From assembly GCF_041886205.1 (NCBI RefSeq), contig NZ_CP169029.1: a DNA stretch of 64,000 bases; one strand, given 5' to 3'. Within the stretch, counting starts at the first letter, position 1; the number at the start of each line of letters is the position of its first letter. A program made the translations under genes and the position numbers. The notes below the pieces were generated by a model. The model was not told the origin of the DNA and ran no database searches. It worked only from the letters and a program-made list of their open reading frames with translations. Below are positions 25,795 to 40,742 of this stretch, in pieces. The stretch comes from Escherichia coli. GTDB taxonomy: Bacteria; Pseudomonadota; Gammaproteobacteria; Enterobacterales; Enterobacteriaceae.

Positions 25795-26004
25795 GTACTA
25801 CTTAATTTTGCTTTCGTAATTTTCGCATTTCTGCGTCGTTACGGGAGGCGCATTATACGAGAAATCTTTCCCTCTGCAACCCCCCTAAAAAATTTTTTTT
25901 GAGTTTTTATCTCAAGTGCTGAAATTATCAGCAAGACGTTCAATTTAGCGTCAAAATCACGCCGCCGCAAGTGGATTCCGGCGCTTACGTGACCAGCAAA
26001 AATT

Positions 26005-26550
26005 TTACAGCTTGATAAAATGCTCGCGGTAGTAAGCCAGCTCCGCCACCGATTCACGGATATCATCCATCGCCTGATGCGTCCCCTGCTTGGTAAAACC
26101 ATCCAGAATTTCCGGCTTCCAGCGGCGCGCCAGCTCTTTCAGGGTGCTGACATCGAGATAACGGTAGTGGAAGTAGGCTTCCAGCTCCGGCATGTATTTA
26201 AACAGGAAACGACGGTCCTGTCCGATGCTGTTACCGCAAATCGGCGATTTTCCCGCAGGCACCCACTGTTTTAAGAATTCGAGCGTTGCCAGTTCAGCTT
26301 CCCGATCGCCCATCGTGCTCGCTTTCACGCGCTCTACCAGCCCGCTGGCGGTATGGGTGCGCACGTTCCAGTCATCCATCAGCGCCAGCTGTTCATCGGA
26401 CTGGTGTACTGCAATGGTCGGCCCTTCTGCCAGAATATTCAGGTTGGCATCGGTCACCAGCGTGGCAATCTCAATAATGCGATCGCGCTCGGGATCCAGA
26501 CCGGTCATCTCAAGATCGATCCAAATCAGGTTGTTTTCATTGGCACTCAT
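26005..26550 (-). CDS. orn: oligoribonuclease
   Basis: Track ORF 229 aa trimmed to [18 protein letters not shown] start (181 aa). Confidence 0.9.
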
Positions 26551-26644
26551 GCTATTTTCCACCCATTCACAGTGACTATATTGATCCACAATTGCGTGTA
26601 TCATAGATGTTTTGCCCATCAGGGGCGACCAGGAGTCTGTACGA

Positions 26645-27697
26645 TTGAGTAAAAATAAACTCTCCAAAGGCCAGCAGCGCCGCGTGAACGCCAATCACCA
26701 GCGTCGTCTTAAAACGTCTAAGGAGAAGCCCGACTACGACGACAATCTGTTTGGCGAGCCTGATGAAGGTATCGTCATCAGCCGCTTTGGTATGCACGCT
26801 GATGTGGAATCCGCCGATGGCGACGTTCACCGCTGCAATATTCGCCGTACCATCCGTTCGCTGGTGACCGGCGACCGCGTAGTCTGGCGTCCGGGTAAAC
26901 CGGCGGCGGAAGGCGTAAATGTCAAAGGGATCGTGGAAGCGGTGCATGAGCGCACCTCGGTGTTGACGCGTCCGGATTTCTACGACGGCGTGAAACCTAT
27001 TGCCGCCAACATCGACCAGATTGTCATTGTCTCCGCCATTTTGCCGGAGCTGTCGCTCAATATTATCGACCGTTACCTGGTGGCCTGCGAAACCTTGCAG
27101 ATTGAGCCGATTATTGTGCTCAACAAGATAGACCTGCTGGACGACGAAGGCATGGCGTTCGTCAACGAACAGATGGATATCTACCGCAATATCGGTTATC
27201 GCGTATTGATGGTTTCCAGCCATACTCAGGATGGGCTGAAACCGCTGGAAGAGGCGTTGACCGGGCGCATCAGCATTTTTGCCGGCCAGTCTGGCGTCGG
27301 CAAATCCAGCCTGCTGAACGCGTTGCTGGGGCTGCAAAAAGAGATCCTGACCAACGATGTCTCTGACAACTCGGGGCTTGGTCAGCACACCACGACCGCC
27401 GCTCGGCTGTATCACTTCCCGCACGGCGGTGATGTGATTGATTCCCCTGGTGTGCGTGAGTTCGGCCTCTGGCACCTGGAGCCGGAACAAATCACTCAGG
27501 GCTTTGTCGAATTCCATGACTATTTAGGTCTGTGTAAATATCGCGATTGCAAACACGATACCGATCCGGGCTGCGCTATCCGGGAAGCGGTTGAGGAAGG
27601 GAAAATCGCGGAAACCCGTTTCGAAAACTATCACCGTATTCTGGAAAGCATGGCGCAGGTAAAAACGCGTAAAAACTTTTCTGATACGGATGACTGA
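26645..27697 (+). CDS. rsgA: ribosome small-subunit-dependent GTPase RsgA
   Basis: Track ORF trimmed to TTG start giving [19 protein letters not shown] (350 aa); G motifs and C-terminal zinc-finger Cys cluster. Confidence 0.9.
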
Positions 27698-27793
27698 CAA
27701 TTAAGCTAACCGTCGTTAGAATCGTCCCCTTTTTTTCAGGATCCGGCATGTAGGCCGGATCAGGAACGACAAAACAATGGCCTGGAGGCTACC

Positions 27794-28762
27794 TTGTTAA
27801 ATTCATTTAAACTTTCGCTACAGTACATTCTGCCGAAACTATGGCTTACTCGCCTGGCGGGTTGGGGCGCAAGCAAGCGGGCAGGATGGCTGACAAAACT
27901 GGTTATCGATCTGTTCGTTAAATACTACAAGGTCGACATGAAAGAGGCGCAAAAGCCGGACACCGCCAGCTACCGCACCTTTAACGAATTCTTTGTCCGT
28001 CCGCTGCGTGACGAAGTACGCCCAATCGATACCGATCCAAATGTCCTGGTCATGCCTGCCGATGGCGTTATCAGCCAGTTGGGTAAAATCGAAGAAGATA
28101 AAATCCTGCAAGCCAAAGGCCACAACTACAGCCTCGAAGCCCTGCTGGCAGGCAACTATCTGATGGCGGACCTGTTCCGCAACGGTACGTTTGTGACCAC
28201 TTACCTCTCCCCGCGTGACTACCACCGCGTACACATGCCGTGCAACGGTATTCTGCGTGAAATGATCTACGTGCCGGGCGATCTCTTCTCCGTTAACCAT
28301 CTCACTGCTCAGAACGTGCCGAATCTGTTTGCCCGTAACGAACGCGTGATCTGCCTGTTCGATACCGAATTTGGCCCAATGGCGCAGATTCTGGTCGGTG
28401 CGACGATTGTAGGCAGCATTGAGACGGTCTGGGCGGGCACCATTACGCCGCCGCGCGAAGGCATCATCAAACGCTGGACCTGGCCTGCCGGGGAAAACGA
28501 CGGTTCTGTGGCGCTGCTGAAAGGCCAGGAAATGGGTCGCTTTAAACTCGGTTCCACCGTTATCAACCTGTTTGCACCGGGTAAAGTGAATCTGGTTGAG
28601 CAACTGGAAAGCCTGTCTGTCACGAAAATTGGCCAGCCGCTGGCAGTATCTACCGAAACCTTTGTTACGCCAGACGCTGAACCGGCCCCGCTTCCTGCTG
28701 AAGAGATCGAAGCAGAACACGACGCCAGCCCATTGGTTGACGACAAAAAAGACCAGGTCTAA
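27794..28762 (+). CDS. psd: phosphatidylserine decarboxylase proenzyme
   Basis: 322 aa ORF with the GST self-cleavage motif (FKLGSTV). Confidence 0.95.
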
Positions 28763-28783
28763 TCCATCAAAGGAAACGCTGAC

Positions 28784-31700
28784 GTGCGCCTGATTATCAC
28801 TTTTCTGATGGCCTGGTGCCTCAGTTGGGGGGCGTACGCCGCGACGGCCCCCGATAGCAAACAAATCACTCAGGAACTGGAGCAGGCAAAAGCGGCGAAA
28901 CCCGCACAGCCGGAAGTCGTAGAGGCGCTCCAGTCTGCCTTAAATGCGCTTGAGGAACGAAAAGGTTCCCTTGAGCGCATCAAACAATATCAGCAAGTTA
29001 TCGATAATTATCCGAAACTCTCCGCTACTCTGCGCGCACAATTAAACAACATGCGTGACGAGCCGCGCAGCGTGTCGCCGGGAATGTCTACCGACGCGCT
29101 GAATCAGGAAATTCTCCAGGTCAGCAGCCAGTTGCTGGATAAAAGCCGTCAGGCCCAGCAAGAGCAGGAGCGCGCCCGCGAGATTGCCGATTCGCTGAAT
29201 CAACTGCCGCAACAGCAAACCGACGCCCGCCGTCAGTTAAATGAGATCGAGCGCCGCCTGGGAACGCTTACCGGCAATACTCCGCTCAATCAGGCACAAA
29301 ATTTCGCGTTGCAGTCTGACTCCGCACGCCTGAAAGCGCTCGTTGATGAACTGGAACTGGCGCAGCTGTCTGCCAATAACCGTCAGGAATTAGCGCGCTT
29401 ACGCTCAGAGCTGGCGGAAAAAGAGAGCCAGCAACTGGATGCGTATTTGCAGGCCTTACGTAATCAGTTGAACAGCCAACGTCAGCTTGAGGCGGAGCGG
29501 GCGCTGGAAAGTACCGAATTGCTGGCAGAAAACAGCGCCGATTTGCCGAAAGACATCGTCGCGCAATTCAAAATTAACCGCGAACTATCGGCGGCACTGA
29601 ATCAACAGGCGCAGCGGATGGATCTCGTTGCCTCGCAACAGCGCCAGGCCACCAGCCAGACGTTACAGGTTCGGCAGGCGCTGAATACGCTGCGTGAACA
29701 GTCGCAATGGCTGGGATCGTCCAACCTGCTCGGCGAAGCGTTGCGGGCGCAGGTGGCACGGCTGCCGGAAATGCCGAAACCACAACAGCTTGATACCGAA
29801 ATGGCGCAGTTGCGTGTGCAACGGTTACGTTATGAGGATCTGCTTAATAAACAGCCGCTGCTACGGCAAATTCATCAGGCCGACGGTCAGCCGCTGACCG
29901 CCGAGCAAAACCGTATTCTGGAAGCACAACTACGCACTCAGCGTGAGTTGCTGAACTCATTGTTGCAGGGTGGCGACACGCTACTATTGGAACTGACCAA
30001 GCTGAAAGTCTCCAACGGGCAACTGGAGGATGCGCTGAAAGAGGTGAACGAAGCAACGCACCGCTATCTGTTCTGGACCTCTGACGTGCGCCCGATGACC
30101 ATCGCCTGGCCGCTGGAAATCGCCCAGGATCTGCGTCGTCTCATTTCGCTGGACACCTTCAGTCAGTTGGGCAAAGCCAGTGTGATGATGCTGACCAGCA
30201 AAGAGACAATTTTGCCGCTGTTTGGCGCGTTGATTCTGGTCGGTTGCAGTATTTACTCGCGCCGCTATTTCACCCGTTTTCTTGAACGTTCGGCGGCGAA
30301 AGTCGGCAAAGTGACTCAGGATCACTTCTGGCTGACGTTGCGCACTCTTTTCTGGTCGATTCTCGTCGCGTCACCGCTGCCGGTGCTGTGGATGACGCTG
30401 GGTTACGGCTTGCGCGAGGCGTGGCCTTATCCGCTGGCGGTCGCGATTGGCGATGGCGTAACGGCCACCGTGCCGCTGCTGTGGGTAGTGATGATTTGCG
30501 CCACCTTTGCCCGCCCGAACGGCTTGTTTATCGCTCATTTTGGCTGGCCGCGCGAACGTGTTTCCCGTGGGATGCGCTACTACCTGATGAGCATCGGGCT
30601 TATTGTGCCGCTGATTATGGCGCTGATGATGTTCGATAACCTCGACGACCGTGAATTCTCCGGTTCGCTGGGACGGCTTTGCTTTATCCTCATTTGCGGT
30701 GCGCTGGCGGTGGTCACCCTCAGCCTGAAAAAGGCCGGGATCCCACTGTATCTCAACAAAGAGGGCAGCGGCGACAACATTACCAACCATATGCTGTGGA
30801 ACATGATGATTGGCGCGCCGTTGGTTGCCATTCTGGCGTCGGCTGTGGGTTATCTGGCAACGGCACAGGCGCTGTTAGCGAGGCTTGAAACCTCGGTTGC
30901 CATCTGGTTCCTGCTACTGGTGGTTTATCACGTTATCCGCCGCTGGATGCTGATCCAGCGCCGCAGGCTGGCGTTTGACCGGGCGAAGCATCGCCGGGCA
31001 GAGATGTTAGCGCAACGTGCGCGTGGCGAAGAGGAAGCGCATCATCACAGTAGCCCGGAAGGAGCAATTGAAGTCGATGAAAGCGAAGTCGATCTCGATG
31101 CCATCAGTGCGCAATCCTTGCGGCTGGTGCGCTCAATTTTGATGTTGATCGCCCTGCTTTCGGTCATTGTGCTGTGGTCAGAAATCCATTCCGCTTTCGG
31201 CTTCCTCGAAAATATTTCGTTGTGGGATGTCACTTCCACGGTACAGGGCGTGGAAAGTCTGGAGCCGATTACCCTCGGTGCGGTGCTGATTGCCATTCTG
31301 GTATTTATCATCACCACGCAGCTGGTGCGCAACCTGCCCGCGCTGCTGGAACTGGCGATTTTGCAGCACCTGGATTTAACGCCGGGTACGGGCTACGCCA
31401 TCACCACCATCACCAAATATCTGCTGATGCTGATTGGCGGGCTGGTCGGCTTCTCAATGATTGGTATTGAGTGGTCGAAATTGCAGTGGCTGGTTGCCGC
31501 GCTCGGTGTTGGTCTCGGTTTTGGTTTGCAGGAAATTTTCGCCAACTTTATCTCTGGCCTGATCATCCTGTTCGAAAAACCGATTCGCATTGGCGATACG
31601 GTAACGATCCGCGATCTTACTGGTAGCGTGACGAAAATTAATACCCGCGCAACCACCATCAGCGACTGGGACCGTAAAGAGATAATCGTGCCGAACAAGG

Positions 31701-32107
31701 CGTTTATTACCGAGCAGTTTATCAACTGGTCGCTCTCTGACTCGGTCACGCGCGTGGTGTTGACGATTCCGGCCCCTGCCGATGCCAACAGTGAAGAAGT
31801 GACGGAAATCCTGCTCACCGCAGCGCGTCGCTGCTCGCTGGTGATCGACAACCCGGCACCGGAAGTCTTCCTGGTGGATCTGCAACAGGGGATTCAGATT
31901 TTCGAGCTGCGTATTTACGCCGCTGAGATGGGTCACCGTATGCCGCTACGCCATGAGATCCACCAGCTAATTCTGGCAGGCTTCCATGCCCACGGTATCG
32001 ATATGCCATTCCCGCCCTTCCAGATGCGTCTGGAAAGCCTGAATGGTAAACAAACGGGGAGAACATTAACTTCTGCGGGCAAAGGTCGTCAGGCGGGAAG
32101 TTTGTAA
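28784..32107 (+). CDS. mscM: miniconductance mechanosensitive channel MscM
   Basis: 1107 aa ORF: signal peptide, long Gln-rich coiled-coil periplasmic domain, multi-TM region and MscS-like C-terminal domain. Confidence 0.9.
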   Translation: MRLIITFLMAWCLSWGAYAATAPDSKQITQELEQAKAAKPAQPEVVEALQSALNALEERKGSLERIKQYQQVIDNYPKLSATLRAQLNNMRDEPRSVSPGMSTDALNQEILQVSSQLLDKSRQAQQEQERAREIADSLNQLPQQQTDARRQLNEIERRLGTLTGNTPLNQAQNFALQSDSARLKALVDELELAQLSANNRQELARLRSELAEKESQQLDAYLQALRNQLNSQRQLEAERALESTELLAENSADLPKDIVAQFKINRELSAALNQQAQRMDLVASQQRQATSQTLQVRQALNTLREQSQWLGSSNLLGEALRAQVARLPEMPKPQQLDTEMAQLRVQRLRYEDLLNKQPLLRQIHQADGQPLTAEQNRILEAQLRTQRELLNSLLQGGDTLLLELTKLKVSNGQLEDALKEVNEATHRYLFWTSDVRPMTIAWPLEIAQDLRRLISLDTFSQLGKASVMMLTSKETILPLFGALILVGCSIYSRRYFTRFLERSAAKVGKVTQDHFWLTLRTLFWSILVASPLPVLWMTLGYGLREAWPYPLAVAIGDGVTATVPLLWVVMICATFARPNGLFIAHFGWPRERVSRGMRYYLMSIGLIVPLIMALMMFDNLDDREFSGSLGRLCFILICGALAVVTLSLKKAGIPLYLNKEGSGDNITNHMLWNMMIGAPLVAILASAVGYLATAQALLARLETSVAIWFLLLVVYHVIRRWMLIQRRRLAFDRAKHRRAEMLAQRARGEEEAHHHSSPEGAIEVDESEVDLDAISAQSLRLVRSILMLIALLSVIVLWSEIHSAFGFLENISLWDVTSTVQGVESLEPITLGAVLIAILVFIITTQLVRNLPALLELAILQHLDLTPGTGYAITTITKYLLMLIGGLVGFSMIGIEWSKLQWLVAALGVGLGFGLQEIFANFISGLIILFEKPIRIGDTVTIRDLTGSVTKINTRATTISDWDRKEIIVPNKAFITEQFINWSLSDSVTRVVLTIPAPADANSEEVTEILLTAARRCSLVIDNPAPEVFLVDLQQGIQIFELRIYAAEMGHRMPLRHEIHQLILAGFHAHGIDMPFPPFQMRLESLNGKQTGRTLTSAGKGRQAGSL

Positions 32108-32257
32108 TGCATGAAGCTGCCAAATGATGTCAACGTGGCTCATTTAGCAGCTTAACATCATCTTCAGTTATCACCGGCCCTGGAGAGTATCATCCATACG
32201 CATTACTTCCAGACAACTCATCGCCGGAGAGACGATGAGTTGCAGGATTTCATATGA

Positions 32258-33760
32258 TCAGTCGAGAGCTAACTCAGGTTTGTTCGCCATGCGACTGCAA
32301 TAGTTCTGGTAAATCGCCATCGCTAACAGCGAGAAGAAGACAGGGCCGCCAATCATCCACAATGTGCTGTCCCAGTCTCCGGCTTCAACCACAGGTTGAA
32401 TGATGGTGAAGACGTTCGCAAATGTCACCACCAGTACGACAACCACTGTTGCGATCATTGCCGACATACGCGTTTTGAAAATCACAAACGGTCTGTCGAG
32501 ATCCTGACGTGCTTTAAAGAATGGGAAAGCCAGCGCGAGGAACAGGTAAGGAAGCGTCATAGACACGTTCGCCATCAGCGTCAGTTTGTTAAAGAACGCC
32601 GATGCGGTGCCACCGCCAAACGAAACCAGCAGGATGAAGACAGTAACCAACCCGCACTGCATCCACATGGCGATAGAAGGCATACCCATCGTATTCAGGC
32701 GCGTCATCGGTTCCGGCCACAATGCTTTCGGCGTTCCCTGGATGATGGCTTTCAGCGGTGAATAGCAAAGCGTAAAGAACGCACCGGTATAAGCGAGGAA
32801 CATCGAAAGCCCGGTAATACGCGCAAACCATACGCCCAGCGACAATGACGCTTCTGGTGACAAATGCAGTGCGTTACCCAGCGTCACCCCGAGGCTCTTC
32901 ATCAGCACATAGGTAATATTGCCGAGGTTAACGGAACCATTACTTAATACCTGCTGCCAGTTTGTGCTGACGCCCCATAAAAATATTGCCAGCGAATAAC
33001 CGATTGAAATAACAATAGCGGCAAAAACAATACCTTTGGCAAAGTTCTTTTCTGGATTTTCCGTTTTATCGACCAGACCACCAACCGCTTCAATTCCGCC
33101 ATAGGCAAAAATGGCAAATACCACAAACGATAGCATTGCCAGACCGGACTGATAACCTGGGTTCGGTGATGCAAGGAAATTAATATCCTGCGCGAAATGC
33201 CCACCATTTAATAACAAAATAGTAATGCTTACTAACAGCAATACTAAGTTCAGACACATTACTGCAATACCGCCCACCGCAGTAATGCGGGCAATTTTAT
33301 TAATCCCCTTTGAAGCAACGACGGTGACCAGAATCATCCATGCCACTGCCAGCAGACCAACCACCTGCGTAGGCTCCAGTCCGGCAATACGCCAGTGCTG
33401 GGTCATGTCGCTACCATAGAGGAATGTTGAGAACGGTACCCAAACTTTCGCGGAGGTGCTCACCATCCAGATGATATAAGAGGAAAACCACATAAACGTA
33501 CCAATGAAGGCAAAACGTGGTCCGACACTATTATTCATCCAGGAATAGATACCACCTTCTTCTTTGCGATAAGCAGCTCCCATTTCAGCCATCATTAAGG
33601 CGAATGGAATAAAGAATAACAATGCAGAAAATATATAAAAGGGAATCGCACTATAACCCATTAAGTAATAAGCCGATGGGCTATTGGCAAATCCAAATAC
33701 GGAAGTAAAGATCATCAATATGAGTCCTATCAGACTCATCTTTTTTATCGTGTGAGGCAT
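32258..33760 (-). CDS. yjeM: APC-family amino acid/polyamine transporter YjeM
   Basis: Track ORF 514 aa trimmed to MPHTIKKMSL start (500 aa). Confidence 0.85.
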   Translation of the reverse strand: MPHTIKKMSLIGLILMIFTSVFGFANSPSAYYLMGYSAIPFYIFSALLFFIPFALMMAEMGAAYRKEEGGIYSWMNNSVGPRFAFIGTFMWFSSYIIWMVSTSAKVWVPFSTFLYGSDMTQHWRIAGLEPTQVVGLLAVAWMILVTVVASKGINKIARITAVGGIAVMCLNLVLLLVSITILLLNGGHFAQDINFLASPNPGYQSGLAMLSFVVFAIFAYGGIEAVGGLVDKTENPEKNFAKGIVFAAIVISIGYSLAIFLWGVSTNWQQVLSNGSVNLGNITYVLMKSLGVTLGNALHLSPEASLSLGVWFARITGLSMFLAYTGAFFTLCYSPLKAIIQGTPKALWPEPMTRLNTMGMPSIAMWMQCGLVTVFILLVSFGGGTASAFFNKLTLMANVSMTLPYLFLALAFPFFKARQDLDRPFVIFKTRMSAMIATVVVVLVVTFANVFTIIQPVVEAGDWDSTLWMIGGPVFFSLLAMAIYQNYCSRMANKPELALD

Positions 33761-33978
33761 GAAACCATCCTTCATTTCAGCGCGTGTATAAAACGCGCCC
33801 ACTGAACTGCACTGCCCAACATTGAGCGGGCAGCGTAAAAACCAATACAGAATTGATACCTGGATGATATCAAATATCCAGTCTTAAATTGTGGCCTTTA
33901 ACAGAAAAATGAAAACATATGCTACAGAATGGCGCTTATCACGCCATTCTTCGCTGTTAATTCAGTAATTTTTCAGAA

Positions 33979-34956
33979 TTATGCCCGGTCAACGCTAAAG
34001 GCGATGACTTCAGCCAGTGTCTCCGCGCCCAGCGCCAACATCACCAGACGATCAACGCCTAATGCCACGCCGGAACAGTCAGGCATACCGACTTTCAAGG
34101 CTTCAATCAGATTCTGGTCAATGGGGTGCTGCGGCAAACCACGCGCCGCTCGCTTACGGTTATCTTGTTCAAAGCGTTGTTGCTGCTCACGGGCATCCGT
34201 CAATTCATGGAAACCATTCGCCAGCTCAATACCTTTATAATAAACCTCAAAGCGTTCAGCGACCCGATGATCTTCGGTACTGATTTGCGCCAGTGATGCC
34301 TGGCTGGCTGGAAAGTGGTACACAAAGGTCGGTTTTTCTTTACCAATATTTGGCTCTACGCCAAAGGTAAACAGCAATTGTAGCAACGTGTCGCGGTCTT
34401 CTTCGGTATCAGCAACGTTGCTCAAATCCAGTTTCGCTGCCACTTCCCGCAGTTGCGTTTTGTCGGCAGAGAGTGGGTCAATTTCCAGATAACGCAAGAA
34501 AGCTTGTTGATAAGAAAGGCTTTCTGCTGCCGGGCAGTCCAGCACCTGTTGTAAGAGATCGTCCACCTCGTTCATCAACCGGTACATATCATAGTGCGGT
34601 CGATACCACTCAAGCATAGTGAACTCAGGGTTGTGATAACGCCCCATCTCTTCATTACGGAAGCTGCGGCACAGCTGGAATACTGGCCCACAACCAGCAA
34701 CCAGCAGGCGTTTCATATGGTATTCAGGGCTGGTCATTAACCAGAGATTCATCCCCTGCGAATGCCCGGGGCCAACGAAACGTGTCTCAAACGGGACCAA
34801 ATGAATATCGGTTACCGTCGCCTGGCTCATACAAGGCGTCTCCACCTCCAGCACTCCACGATCGGCAAAGAAACGACGGATCTCCGCCATAATCGCCGCG
34901 CGTTTTAATAAGTTAGGAATGGATGCGCTCGGCTGCCAGGATGCCGTTTCGCTCAT
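33979..34956 (-). CDS. epmA: EF-P (R)-beta-lysine ligase EpmA
   Basis: Track ORF trimmed to [10 protein letters not shown] start (325 aa); class II lysyl-tRNA-synthetase-like catalytic domain. Confidence 0.9.
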   Translation of the reverse strand: MSETASWQPSASIPNLLKRAAIMAEIRRFFADRGVLEVETPCMSQATVTDIHLVPFETRFVGPGHSQGMNLWLMTSPEYHMKRLLVAGCGPVFQLCRSFRNEEMGRYHNPEFTMLEWYRPHYDMYRLMNEVDDLLQQVLDCPAAESLSYQQAFLRYLEIDPLSADKTQLREVAAKLDLSNVADTEEDRDTLLQLLFTFGVEPNIGKEKPTFVYHFPASQASLAQISTEDHRVAERFEVYYKGIELANGFHELTDAREQQQRFEQDNRKRAARGLPQHPIDQNLIEALKVGMPDCSGVALGVDRLVMLALGAETLAEVIAFSVDRA

Positions 34957-35134
34957 AGTTAAATCTCCAGTTTTTGACAAGGGCACGAAGTCTACTCGCA
35001 ACGCGACGGCGAGACAAATTTTACGCAGGAATAAAACAACGGTGGGCAGTGACTAAAAAAAGCACGATCTGATGGTTTAGTAATTAAATTAATCATCTTC
35101 AGTGATAATTTAGCCCTCTTGCGCACTAAAAAAA

Positions 35135-35148
35135 TCGATCTCGTCAAA
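35135..35148 (+). promoter_or_regulatory. FNR binding site of the frdA promoter
   Basis: tcgatctcgtcaaa (FNR half-sites TCGAT / GTCAA) about 130 nt upstream of frdA start, where the known frd FNR box lies. Confidence 0.55.
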
Positions 35149-35280
35149 TTTCAGACTTATCCATCAGACTATACTGTTGTACCTATAAAGGAGCAGTGGA
35201 ATAGCGTTCGCAGACCGTAACTTTCAGGCACTTACCCTGAAGTACGGGGCTGTGGGATAAAAACAATCTGGAGGAATGTC

Positions 35281-37081
35281 GTGCAAACCTTTCAAGCCGA
35301 TCTTGCCATTGTAGGCGCCGGTGGCGCGGGATTACGTGCTGCAATTGCTGCCGCGCAGGCAAATCCAAATGCAAAAATCGCACTAATCTCAAAAGTATAC
35401 CCGATGCGTAGCCATACCGTTGCTGCAGAAGGGGGCTCCGCCGCTGTCGCGCAGGATCATGACAGCTTCGAATATCACTTTCACGATACAGTAGCGGGTG
35501 GCGACTGGTTGTGTGAGCAGGATGTCGTGGATTATTTCGTCCACCACTGCCCCACCGAAATGACCCAACTGGAACTGTGGGGGTGCCCATGGAGCCGTCG
35601 CCCGGATGGTAGCGTCAACGTACGTCGCTTCGGCGGCATGAAAATCGAGCGTACCTGGTTCGCCGCCGATAAGACCGGCTTCCATATGCTGCACACGCTG
35701 TTCCAGACCTCTCTGCAATTCCCGCAGATCCAGCGTTTTGACGAACATTTCGTGCTGGATATTCTGGTTGATGATGGTCATGTTCGCGGCCTGGTAGCAA
35801 TGAACATGATGGAAGGCACGCTGGTGCAGATCCGTGCTAACGCGGTCGTTATGGCTACCGGCGGTGCGGGTCGCGTTTATCGTTACAACACCAACGGCGG
35901 CATCGTTACCGGTGACGGTATGGGTATGGCGCTAAGCCACGGCGTTCCGCTGCGTGACATGGAATTCGTTCAGTATCACCCAACCGGTCTGCCAGGTTCC
36001 GGTATCCTGATGACCGAAGGCTGCCGTGGTGAAGGCGGTATTCTGGTCAACAAAAATGGCTACCGTTATCTGCAAGATTACGGCATGGGCCCGGAAACTC
36101 CGCTGGGCGAGCCGAAAAACAAATATATGGAACTGGGTCCACGCGACAAAGTTTCTCAGGCCTTCTGGCACGAATGGCGTAAAGGCAACACCATCTCCAC
36201 GCCGCGTGGTGATGTGGTTTATCTCGACCTGCGTCACCTCGGCGAGAAAAAACTGCATGAACGTCTGCCGTTCATCTGCGAACTGGCGAAAGCGTACGTT
36301 GGCGTCGATCCGGTTAAAGAACCGATTCCGGTACGTCCGACCGCACACTACACCATGGGCGGTATCGAAACCGATCAGAACTGTGAAACCCGCATTAAAG
36401 GTCTGTTCGCCGTGGGTGAATGTTCCTCTGTTGGTCTGCACGGTGCAAACCGTCTGGGTTCTAACTCCCTGGCGGAACTGGTGGTCTTCGGCCGTCTGGC
36501 CGGTGAACAAGCGACAGAGCGTGCAGCAACTGCCGGTAATGGCAACGAAGCGGCAATTGAAGCGCAGGCAGCTGGCGTTGAACAACGTCTGAAAGATCTG
36601 GTTAACCAGGATGGCGGCGAAAACTGGGCGAAGATCCGCGACGAAATGGGTCTGGCTATGGAAGAAGGCTGCGGTATCTACCGTACGCCGGAACTGATGC
36701 AGAAAACCATCGACAAGCTGGCAGAGCTGCAGGAACGCTTCAAGCGCGTGCGCATCACCGACACTTCCAGCGTGTTCAACACCGACCTGCTCTACACCAT
36801 TGAACTGGGCCACGGTCTGAACGTTGCTGAATGTATGGCACACTCCGCAATGGCACGTAAAGAGTCCCGCGGCGCACACCAGCGTCTGGACGAAGGTTGC
36901 ACCGAGCGTGACGACGTCAACTTCCTCAAACACACCCTCGCCTTCCGCGATGCTGATGGCACGACTCGCCTGGAGTACAGCGACGTGAAGATTACTACGC
37001 TGCCGCCAGCTAAACGCGTTTACGGTGGCGAAGCGGATGCAGTCGATAAGGCGGAAGCAGCCAATAAGAAGGAGAAGGCGA

Positions 37082-37089
<8 letters not shown>
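35281..37089 (+). CDS. frdA: fumarate reductase flavoprotein subunit
   Basis: 602 aa ORF, GTG start, FAD-binding N-terminus [16 protein letters not shown]. Confidence 0.95.
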
Positions 37090-38222
<1,133 letters not shown>

Positions 38223-38232
38223 GGAGCCTGAG

Positions 38233-39788
<1,556 letters not shown>

Positions 39789-39876
39789 AATTTCATCGGG
39801 TCCGAATTTTCGGACCTTTTCTGCGCTTTTCCTTGCTGTCATCTACACTTAGAAAAAAACCAGTAAGGAAACATTT

Positions 39877-40410
39877 ATGCGCCTGCTCCCTCTCGTTGCC
39901 GCAGCGACAGCTGCATTTCTGGTCGTTGCCTGCAGTTCTCCTACGCCGCCGCGTGGCGTGACAGTAGTGAATAATTTCGACGCTAAACGCTATCTCGGTA
40001 CCTGGTATGAGATTGCCCGTTTTGATCACCGTTTTGAACGTGGACTGGAAAAAGTCACCGCAACATACAGTCTGCGTGATGACGGCGGCCTGAATGTCAT
40101 CAATAAAGGCTATAACCCTGACAGAGAAATGTGGCAGCAGAGTGAAGGGAAAGCGTACTTTACCGGCGCACCAACACGCGCTGCGCTGAAAGTGTCATTC
40201 TTTGGTCCTTTCTATGGCGGTTATAACGTCATTGCACTTGATCGGGAATACCGCCATGCGCTGGTTTGCGGCCCGGACCGCGACTACCTGTGGATACTCT
40301 CCCGCATGCCAACCATTTCTGACGAAGTGAAACAGGAGATGCTGGCAGTCGCGACCCGGGAAGGGTTTGATGTCAGTAAGTTTATTTGGGTACAGCAGCC
40401 CGGTAGTTAG
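39877..40410 (+). CDS. blc: outer-membrane lipocalin Blc
   Basis: 177 aa ORF with lipoprotein signal peptide (LVVAC). Confidence 0.9.
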   Translation: MRLLPLVAAATAAFLVVACSSPTPPRGVTVVNNFDAKRYLGTWYEIARFDHRFERGLEKVTATYSLRDDGGLNVINKGYNPDREMWQQSEGKAYFTGAPTRAALKVSFFGPFYGGYNVIALDREYRHALVCGPDRDYLWILSRMPTISDEVKQEMLAVATREGFDVSKFIWVQQPGS

Positions 40411-40724
40411 TGAGTGCTGAGTTTCAGACCAATAATCCCCAATACGATTAACGCCAGACTCGCCAGGCGCATCGGGTTAGCGGACTCACCGAGCAGCACA
40501 ATGCCGGTGATAGCCGCGCCGACTGCGCCAATACCCGTCCACACGGCATAAGCCGTCCCTACTGGTAACGATTTCATCGCCCAGGCAAGTAGCGCCATAC
40601 TGACAATCATCGCCGTCACGGTAATAACACTCGGCGTCAAACGACTAAAGCCGTGGGTATATTTCAGGCCAACGGCCCATACCACTTCCAGCAGACCAGC
40701 AATAACTAAGATAATCCAGGACAT
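40407..40724 (-). CDS. gdx: SMR-family guanidinium exporter Gdx (SugE)
   Basis: Track ORF 155 aa trimmed to [14 protein letters not shown] start (105 aa, four TM helices, conserved Glu in TM1). Confidence 0.9.
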   Translation of the reverse strand: MSWIILVIAGLLEVVWAVGLKYTHGFSRLTPSVITVTAMIVSMALLAWAMKSLPVGTAYAVWTGIGAVGAAITGIVLLGESANPMRLASLALIVLGIIGLKLSTH

Positions 40725-40742
40725 ATCAGGCTCCGGAGAATT

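Noticed and set aside
26576-28864. 313 aa and 341 aa minus-strand ORFs
   Set aside because: Antisense to rsgA and psd respectively; shadow ORFs
35932-36933. 333 aa minus-strand ORF
   Set aside because: Antisense to frdA; shadow ORF
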